Below are positions 22,036 through 29,636 of a stretch of 29,636 nt of DNA, piece by piece. Origin of the DNA: Octopus sinensis (Eukaryota); NCBI RefSeq assembly GCF_006345805.1, contig NW_021833538.1, positions 1 to 29,636 of the forward strand, written 5' to 3'. Both the position numbers and the translations under genes were made by a program. The notes beneath the pieces were generated by a model. The model was not told the origin of the DNA and searched no databases. It saw only the letters and a program-made list of their open reading frames with translations. Position 1 is the first letter of the stretch. Each line of letters begins with the position of its first letter.

Positions 22036-22388
22036 ATTCAGTTTATTGGGAGCGATGGGGGTGGACTTTTCTAGTTTTTTTTTGTTTTCTTTTTTTCATT
22101 TCATTTCCGCATACTACTTTTGAATATAGTAAGGTCTTGTAATACAATGGAGTAAAATGAAATATAAGAAAAAAAGCTTCCTCCATAAGATGATATCAAC
22201 AACATTTGTTCCTATACAATGGTTATTTCATCAAATTCTTTTCGTCAGACTGTTTGGCTACTGTACACGGTGACATAACGTAACGAACAACGGCTTTCAT
22301 ACCGGTATAAACATAAACACGCATACGCACACACACTCACACACACACACATACATACATGCGCACACGCACTCTCACATGAACACAA

Positions 22389-22419
<31 letters not shown>

Positions 22420-22480
22420 ATCGATAATTGATCTTTAGTCCCATGTATTTAGTCAGCTATGCATGAATGTTTACATGCTC

Positions 22481-22484
<4 letters not shown>

Positions 22485-22540
<56 letters not shown>
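22485..22540. repeat. (TA)n(GA)n microsatellite
   Basis: Direct reading. Confidence 0.9.
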
Positions 22541-22542
<2 letters not shown>

Positions 22543-22696
22543 TCAGACAGAGAGATACCTATATATGTGCATGTGGGCGCATGCGTACATGTATCTATAT
22601 ATATATATTTCATACACACATAGATATACATTAATAATATACATATGTATTTATACATATACGCACAATCATAAAAAAATAACAATAACGATTTTG

Positions 22697-22698
<2 letters not shown>

Positions 22699-22746
<48 letters not shown>

Positions 22747-22757
22747 TAATAATAATA

Positions 22758-22833
<76 letters not shown>

Positions 22834-22858
22834 CGACGACGACGACGACAACAACAAC
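22699..22858. repeat. Compound trinucleotide array (AAT)n-(GAT)n-(GAC)n-(AAC)n
   Basis: Direct reading. Confidence 0.95.
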
Positions 22859-23238
22859 TGAACCCGCTAAGAAAATCTCTATTCCAGAATCTAGAGGAAA
22901 GATATTTCGTGTTAAGTAGATCACAAAAAAAGATATTCTCATTTTTGTTCTGATTTCCGGGTGTAAAAATCCGATATTCATTGATCTAATATCTATTTGG
23001 TTGTTTCGTTGCTATAATTATTGTTGTAATTGTTCATATTCAACATATCTATGTTGTTGTTTTTCTTGTTCTAGTTATTGAACGACAACTAATTCTTGCT
23101 GATGTTTTTGGCTTTTATACTACGGTACTGGTTTTTGTTCTGTTTTGTTTTGTTATTTTGTGTGTTATTGGAGGCTGGGGTTGTGACAAGGAGGTATCTT
23201 CTAACGTGCACTAATCACGTATATGTTTTCCATCTCAG

Positions 23239-23307
23239 AGTCTCGCACTTCTCACCTGTACAAAGATCTTTCTCACCTGATAGATATTGCTCAAAAATTA
23301 TTGTGAT
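23239..23307 (+). CDS. Possible 69-nt exon of an unidentified gene
   Basis: Acceptor tgttttccatctcag| and consensus donor |gtaagt. Frames read VSHFSPVQRSFSPDRYCSKIIV (open) or SRTSHLYKDLSHLIDIAQKLL*. No homology recognised. Confidence 0.2.
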
Positions 23308-23464
23308 GTAAGTTAGCTCGGTACGAAGAAAAATTTTTCCCTCGTGCAGAAGCAGTCTATTCTTAAACAAACTTCGAACCACCGAGATTTTTCGGATACG
23401 ATATAAGTTATGGTTCTTTTGGCTATTTAGATTGTAATATAATATAAAATATAATACTATATGT

Positions 23465-23648
23465 GGAGGCGCAGTGGGCCAGTGGTTAGGGCAGCGGACA
23501 CGCGGTCGTAAGATCGCGATTTCATTTCCCAGTTTATTGAGGTGTTTATTGAGCGAAAACACCTAAAGCTCCACGATGCTCCGGCAGGGAGTGGTGGCGA
23601 TCCCTGCTGTACCCTTTCTCCACAGCTTTCTCCCACTCTTCCTTCTTT
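23465..23648 (+). mobile_element. tRNA-derived SINE (family B), 3'-truncated
   Basis: GGAGGCGCAGTGGGCCAGTGGTTAGGGCAGCGGAC head with an A box at 23475-23485 and a degenerate B box, then gtgtttattgagcgaaaacacctaaagctccacg...ggtggcgatccctgctgtac. Confidence 0.8.
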
Positions 23649-23880
23649 CAAGTAGTTTGGTAGGTAGGTAGATAGGTGATTATGTAGATAGGTTACACAC
23701 ACACAAGCATACATGTGTTATATATATATATATATATAATGGACCTTGAACCCACAAGAGTAAACAAGAGAGACAGAGAAAGGCAAAAACAAGGAAAACG
23801 CCACTTATATTTGAACACTATACAAATATTCTTTTAAAAAAATTTTCTCTTAATTTTTCTAAATTAATTTTCAATTGTTA

Positions 23881-23917
23881 CAGTTGAAAAGGTCTCAAAT
23901 GACCGAAACCGGTACTG
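23881..23917 (+). ncRNA. Minimal type-I hammerhead relic (core UUGAAAA instead of CUGAAGA; GUA triplet)
   Basis: CAG-UUGAAAA-GGUC-UCAAAU-GACC-GAAA-CCG-GUA-CUG. All three stems pair, stem III is the palindrome ACCGGU, and C3 and G8 are mutated. It lies about 140 bp downstream of a (TA)n array. Confidence 0.65.
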
Positions 23918-23989
23918 AACGTCTTGGATTAAATGGATTTGCATGCTGGACTATAGCTGATCTATAGTTAATCAGGCAAGCAGACAAGT

Positions 23990-24008
23990 AGATAGATAGA
24001 CAGACAGT

Positions 24009-24098
<90 letters not shown>

Positions 24099-24099
24099 G

Positions 24100-24158
<59 letters not shown>

Positions 24159-24175
24159 CGAGAGAGAGAGAGAGA
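23990..24175. repeat. (GATA)n/(GA)n microsatellite
   Basis: Direct reading. Confidence 0.95.
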
Positions 24176-24305
24176 ACCAGGCCAGTTGAAACATTTTGTT
24201 TAACATAAACATGAGATCTCTCAGATTCTCTGAGAACAGATATGTTATTTTTCCTTCATAATCCAGAATAATGTGTGTGTTTGTGGGGGTGAGTACGTGC
24301 GTGTG

Positions 24306-24355
<50 letters not shown>

Positions 24356-24842
24356 GCATCATACATAGATATATATACATAAAATACATACATTAGCTAG
24401 AATATTGGTTTATTTTGACTCCACACACACACACACACAGAAATATTCCATGTTTTATAGGAGTGGAGAAGACATATTTCTAGCCCTCGTTCTTTTCCCC
24501 AAATACTTTAGCGACATAAATTAAGCAGTTTCAAGCTGTGAATCGAAACCAGGTCGCTGAATCGGTTCACTAAGAAATTTATGACCACATTATGACGCAT
24601 CGGCATTGGTTTCCATTCACCCCAAACAAAAACAACAGTCTAGAGAAAGAAAACAACCAGATTAATAACATTAAGTGCAAAGAGAATAGCAACATTTATA
24701 TCTTGCAACATCTTAATGACATCACGAGCATAAATTGGAAGAAGGGCCAGGACGACAGGCTTGCTAGAAACAGCAACCAATTTTCTCTCAAATCACCGTC
24801 TTCAAGAAAAATGTGACGGGTGACACATTTGATATAGTGTGG

Positions 24843-25258
24843 GGATCTTTTCAGTTTGAACGGCAGTTTTTTGAAATAATTTCCACGTAACTAAACACTT
24901 TTAAACTTCGTATACTAGTAGAATGTATTTATAAAACATCTTTTTCTCTTGGCTTTATTGAGAAAATTCTATAGTTTGTAAGATATTTGTTGTTGTTTTT
25001 TTTTTCTTCAATTTCTGCAATTTTCAACCAATCAATGACGTCTATTGAGGTTGAAACCATTCTGTGCCGTATGAAAATGTCCTCGTTTAAGAAACAGATG
25101 GGTTATTTACATTTCTGAAAAAAAAGCTACCCTTCCCCTAACCCTAACCCTAACTAAAAAAAGATTGAATGCAATAGATCGATACTAAGGTCATAATTAT
25201 GGGTGACAATTTCATATGACACTACTAGAAAAAACTGCCGTTCAAACCGAAAAGATCC
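24843..25258. mobile_element. 416-bp MITE with 30-bp TIRs and a perfect 8-bp TSD (Merlin-like by inference)
   Basis: TIRs GGATCTTTTCAGTTTGAACGGCAGTTTTTT (24843-24872) and AAAAAACTGCCGTTCAAACCGAAAAGATCC (25229-25258), 1 mismatch. TAGTGTGG at 24835-24842 and 25259-25266. Internal CCCTAACCCTAACCCTAAC. Confidence 0.9.
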
Positions 25259-25695
25259 TAGTGTGGTTCTAGATATGCGGGTGGAAAGACGTGATGGTCA
25301 CAGCAGGTATGTCTTTTGATCATAAGTCTGTTCTATCAGGGTTGACTTAGGGTCTTCACGATAGCAATAATAACAACAGAGGTAATATCTGCAGTAGCAG
25401 TAGCAATAACAACATTTTAATACGAAAAATTTGGATTTTGTGTTGATATTACCGGTCATTGACATTGTAAAGGAGCATAACGGTTTCAAGCTGGGAAAGA
25501 TTGAGATAAGTAAACATTTTCTTAGTGTTAGTTCTGTCACGAACCGACAGGATTTTTTAGCCAGAACTTATTCCGGTTTTCATGGCGTATAACCAACTCA
25601 GAGTAGAAATATTACCTACCACACACATTCAAATCGCGATGCCAGTCCATTGCAGAGTTTACCATAAGAGTGGATCAATAAAAATCTTAAATATT

Positions 25696-25929
25696 TTAAC
25701 CCTTTGAACTCGCGTGTACGTTTTAGCAGGCGCGATCCTTTGGCTCTAGTCCAGGAAGACGAAAAAACAGCCGGCCACACGGTTTTGTGTTTACGGGGAA
25801 AAAATATTATTTCTGCAAATTAACGAACCGTAAACGTAAAACCATGTGACCACCCGCTTTTGCGTCTCCCTTGGGTATAATCAAATGAAATCGCGCCTGG
25901 TAAAGCGTTCTCGTGAATTAAAAGGTTGA
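25696..25929. mobile_element. piggyBac-like MITE with imperfect TIRs and an inner inverted repeat
   Basis: TTAACCCTTTGAACTCGCGTGTACGTTTTAGCAGGCGCGAT versus ATCGCGCCTGGTAAAGCGTTCTCGTGAATTAAAAGGTTGA. Inner 24-bp arms at 25773-25796 and 25828-25851 (20/24 match). Confidence 0.6.
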
Positions 25930-26598
25930 TCACAACTGGATGAAAAGTCGAAAGTGATTTGCATATTTCTTGGCCAACAAAGCAGTTACATTAAATTCTC
26001 TTGCTTTTCATTTTCTTCTTATTTTTCCCCTTTGCGTATTGGGGACGGTTAATTTAAAAGACATCCCTAGGCAGGAAAGAAAGAACTGGAAGGAAGGGAT
26101 ACTGATGGTGAAAAAGCATAACATCGTAAAATATACCCACTCCTAACAAAACTAGGAAACCTGATGCTTCCAGTACTTCGTATTAAACAAGATTTGATGA
26201 GAAAAACTGTTTAAAGCTTCAGATAATATAGATGACTCTATTAAATATCGATATGCAAAAGAGAAACTAATAGCAGGTATCTTTAATGGGGGTTAAGGTA
26301 AAAATTTTAAGGTTGTTTAGGAGTTTACGTAAACCTGTTGAGAAAATGTTTGGGTAATGTTAACAGAATTTTAAAAAACATAATTCACACATCAAATCTG
26401 CAAACTATAATAACCGGGTGAGGAAGGTGCGTTGTAGCTTCTGGGAAGTGGTTGGGACGTAATATAAGTGTATTTCCTCTGCACCCATTTAAAACTACTT
26501 CCATACCAATTTAGGAGCGGTTAACAAAGATCTAGGAGAGAGTTTCCACCAAGTCATAGGCTATTAAAAAAGCAAAATATATAATTAAATTATATATT

Positions 26599-26998
26599 AC
26601 TAGCAGCATCGCCCGGCGTTGCTCGGGTTTGTAAGGGAAATAACTATATAAGCATTTTTAGAGAGTTATAGCCAAAAACTAGCAAAAAATGCATTAAACA
26701 TGAAAAAAAAAAAATTATTGGTAATTTTTTTTTAATCGTTGACTCATTAGTAGACATTTTTAGAGAGTTACTTCCCTTATATAATAGCGAAAAAATGCAT
26801 TAAAATGGAAAAGAATGATGGTAATTTTTTTTTAAATCGTAGACTCATCGTAGAACGCGCGCTAATACCAGAAGGGCTCGATATGAATCACGACTATAAG
26901 ATAACCCGGTTTGGTTAAACTGCACCGCAAAAATGTGGAGTAGTTAGGAATCTAAATCGTAGGAGGACAGACAGCACACAACCTTTCTTTTATATATA
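26599..26998 (+). mobile_element. Second Helitron/Helentron-type non-autonomous element, with an internal ~100-bp tandem repeat
   Basis: ACTAGCAGCATCGCCCGGCGTTGCTCGGG 5' end; catttttagagagtta...tgcattaaa...atcgt(t/a)gactcat unit twice; gacagacagcacacaac...ttttatatata 3' end. Confidence 0.65.
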
Positions 26999-27029
26999 TT
27001 ATGTACTTTATTGTGTTTTATTATGCTCG

Positions 27030-27105
27030 TGATCCTCCGGTCTTTGGGAAAAATTGTCTTGCATGAAACCAGTCCGTGGCACAAAAATGGTTTAGGAAAC
27101 CATTG
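27030..27105. mobile_element. hAT/Charlie-type terminal fragment
   Basis: ggaaaaattgtcttgcatgaaaccagtccgtggcacaaaaatggtttaggaaaccattg resembles, from memory, the MER1/Charlie3-type end ggaaaaattgtcttccacgaaaccggtccctggtgccaaaaaggttggggaccgctg. Confidence 0.5.
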
Positions 27106-27399
27106 CACGAGATCATCCTGAAGAATGGCATTTATAAATTTGGAACGGAATAGCACGGCGTTTCGGCATTTCATGCTGCGAAATATCTTTTGTGGGTTTA
27201 ATGTAAACTTACAGTCGACAGTATTAGGTTCTTGTAAATTTTGATAACAAAGTTTTGGGTTTTACAGCTTCTAGTTTCTGCTTAAAGACAACTGACAAAC
27301 TTGTATATTTCGTCGTCAGTTTCCGTAGGTTTTAGATAATCCGCCGTAAGGTCTCGGCAGCAATACGAATGAAAGCATGCATGTAACTATATGTATGTA

Positions 27400-27545
27400 C
27401 TGCTGTGTATGTGTCTGTCTGTCTGTCTCTCTGTCTGTCTGTATGTATGTATGTATGTACGTACGTATGTATGTATGTATGTATGTATGTATGTTGAGTA
27501 TGTATGTATGTATGTATGTACTGTTTTGTATATGCATGTATGTAA
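27400..27545. repeat. (TCTG)n/(TATG)n microsatellite
   Basis: Direct reading. Confidence 0.9.
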
Positions 27546-27680
27546 GTGAATATATATCTATGGATAAAATCTATGAAGGTATGTTATTTCTAGATATTTC
27601 GAAATGGAATGTTGATGTTTATTAGTACTTCTAAATATATACTTGTGACATACGACATCAATATATATGTGTGCATGTAT

Positions 27681-27726
<46 letters not shown>

Positions 27727-27799
27727 GAGTATATATCTGTATATGTATCTATTATATATATAATAAATGAAAGAATGGAGTCGAACGACGATTTTAACA

Positions 27800-27901
27800 A
27801 AATTCCTTATCTCGACATATGTTCGAAGACTGCATATTCCTAATTCCGAAGGAATAAGGGGTGCATTATGCCGCCTTCTCATCAGGAAAGACAAGGAACT
27901 T
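27800..27901 (-). ncRNA. Type-I hammerhead motif, inverted copy (one A missing from GAAA)
   Basis: Minus strand ...UUCCUUGUCUUUC-CUGAUGA-GAAGGC...GUCUUC-GAA-CAUAUG-UC-GAGAUAAGGAA. Perfect 6-bp stem II base, but GAAC instead of GAAAC. Confidence 0.7.
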
Positions 27902-28041
27902 TGTCAGCATCATGACGAATAAAAACTTTTAGATGACTGCCCACACGGAGTCCATAGTGATAATCATTATGGACTCCATTATCACTATGGACACCGTGTG
28001 GGCAGTCATCTAAAGGTTTTTATTCGTCATGATGCTGGCAT

Positions 28042-28146
28042 AAGTTCCTTGTCTTTCCTGATGAGAAGGCGGCATAATGCACCCCTTATTCCTTCGGCAT
28101 TAGGAATATGCAGTCATCGAAACATATGTCGAGAATAAAGGAATTT
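28042..28146 (+). ncRNA. Type-I hammerhead ribozyme with complete catalytic core (GUC triplet, predicted cleavage after 28130)
   Basis: CUGAUGA at 28058-28064; stem II GAAGGC/GUCAUC with canonical G10.1-C11.1; GAAA at 28119-28122; palindromic stem III ACAUAUGU; GUC at 28128-28130; extended bulged stem I AAGUUCCUUGUCUUUC / GAGAAUAAAGGAAUUU. Confidence 0.85.
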
Positions 28147-28328
28147 TGTTAAATCGTCATTCGACTCCATTCTTTCATTTATTATAGTAAAAAAAACACA
28201 CCAAATTTCCACACGAAAGCACGTGATCTCTGCTCTTGGCATGTAGCTTCAACCGTGTTTCTGACGTGAATTTGCTACCTGGTATCGGTTAACCCGAATT
28301 ATCCATACTAGGAGAATCATTCAATACT

Positions 28329-28332
<4 letters not shown>

Positions 28333-28374
<42 letters not shown>

Positions 28375-28460
28375 AAACATACATATATATGTGTGTGGGT
28401 ATATATTTAATATATATATATATATATAATATATGTATATCTACATAGTATATATACATA

Positions 28461-28530
<70 letters not shown>

Positions 28531-28560
28531 ATATATGATATATAATATATATAATATATT
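28333..28560. repeat. (TA)n-rich microsatellite block
   Basis: Direct reading. Confidence 0.9.
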
Positions 28561-28566
28561 TTGTGT

Positions 28567-28740
28567 GTGTGTGTTTACGTCCCCGTAATTTAGCGGTTTG
28601 GTAAAAAGACTCCGATAGGAATAAGTATAGAATAAGTACTAGGCTTACAAAGACTAAGTCCTGGGTTTTGTTTTGATCGACTAAAGGCGGTGGTCCAGCA
28701 TGGCTGCAATCAAATGACTGTGAAAGAAGTAAAAGAATAC
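28567..28740 (+). mobile_element. SINE family C, 3' half
   Basis: gtgtttacgtccccgtaatttagcgg...ataagtactaggcttacaaag...cgactaaaggcggtggtccagcatggctgcaatcaaatgactg. Confidence 0.85.
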
Positions 28741-29128
28741 ACACCACACAACACACACACACACCACACACACACATATATTATATATATATATAATATA
28801 TATATATTACATTATATAAAAGGGCTTAGTAAAATAAATTACTTTGCCGCATACTGAATCATTAGAAATAGCAGCTAAAAAAACTTTTTTAAAACTATTT
28901 CTAATACTTAAAGAAACCTCTCTCATATAGTGTTTGCTCAATTCAACTCACGAAAGTATGGGGGTAAAGACATTAAAAAAAATCAAATGCAAAGGTTATT
29001 GCGAACGTACGTTTCAAGATTGTCAACTCGACACTTCTATCATCCGCTCAGAACTCCTTGGTTGGGATTTGAAAAACCACGAAAAACACTGGCGTAAAAG
29101 GATATATTATATAATATATTATATATCT

Positions 29129-29159
<31 letters not shown>

Positions 29160-29636
29160 TATATATTATATATATATATATATTATATATAATATATATA
29201 TAAATATACACACAGACAACACACATCCGCGCATGCACACACGACAGTGTGTTCAGCACGTGTGGTTCCTTCTCGTTATTTACCAGTGTGTGTATATAAT
29301 AAGCTTTGGTAGTAGAGATTTTTCTTTGTTGTTTCATCAGTTTAAATATTTCTTCAATTTTTTTTTTTTTTTTTTTAGAATATCATTCGTTGATTTTATT
29401 CCCGTTTTTGGTTATTGTCGTTGCTGCTGCCACTGCCGTTGCTGTTATCGCTGCCTGTGTACCCACCGATGATGCAGCTGCAGCTGTTGCTCTTATTGTG
29501 TTGTTTGTTGTTTTTTGTTGGATTTGTGTCACTTCTTCGTTTGGTGTGTTTTCTATTTTGTATTATGCTGCTCGTTGTGTATGTAAATATATGTGTGTAT
29601 GTGTAACTCTGTGTGTGTGTATGTGTTGTGTGTGAG

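Larger units (their letters stand above)
27759..28332 (+). mobile_element. Fold-back Penelope-pLTR/retrozyme-like unit with an HHR in each arm, between (TA)-rich tracts
   Basis: Arms 27759-27964 and 27978-28186 are reverse complements with roughly ten differences; 13-nt spacer cattatggactcc; unique extension 28187-28332, then (TA)n. Confidence 0.75.

Noticed and set aside
22205-22255. Minus-strand CUGACGA...GAAA...GUA
   Set aside because: Stems I and II do not pair.
27110-27195. CUGAAGA...AUGCUGC-GAAA-UAUC
   Set aside because: There is no stem I complementarity and the first stem II pair is mismatched.
29306-29635. 109-aa hydrophobic ORF at the window end
   Set aside because: It derives from poly-T, (GCT/GTT)n-like and (GT)n low-complexity sequence with no recognisable domain.

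Overview
AT-rich, microsatellite-dense eukaryotic DNA with no securely identifiable host gene. The SINE families and the density of (TA)n/(GATA)n/(CA)n arrays resemble a coleoid cephalopod (Octopus-like) genome; this is inferred from recalled consensus sequences, not from a search. Nearly all long ORFs in the supplied track are translations of simple repeats. Recognisable elements are: a 5'-truncated R4/Dong-type non-LTR retrotransposon (RT, CCHC, RLE) in a (TAA)n array plus a second Dong-like relic; two CR1/L2-group LINE 3' ends; an internally deleted mariner nested in a SINE; about 15 SINE copies from three families; two Helitron/Helentron-type non-autonomous elements; and several MITEs, one with a perfect 8-bp TSD. 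The most striking signal is a set of type-I hammerhead ribozyme (HHR) motifs with palindromic stem III, ranging from core-intact to decayed. They lie in short non-coding units mostly abutting (TA)n arrays, and two units show a fold-back and/or partial-tandem architecture typical of Penelope-like pLTRs and retrozymes. One unit defines a 460-nt cleavage-site-to-cleavage-site monomer, a candidate circRNA. Several near-identical local duplications differ mainly by small indels, so assembly noise must be excluded before interpreting them.
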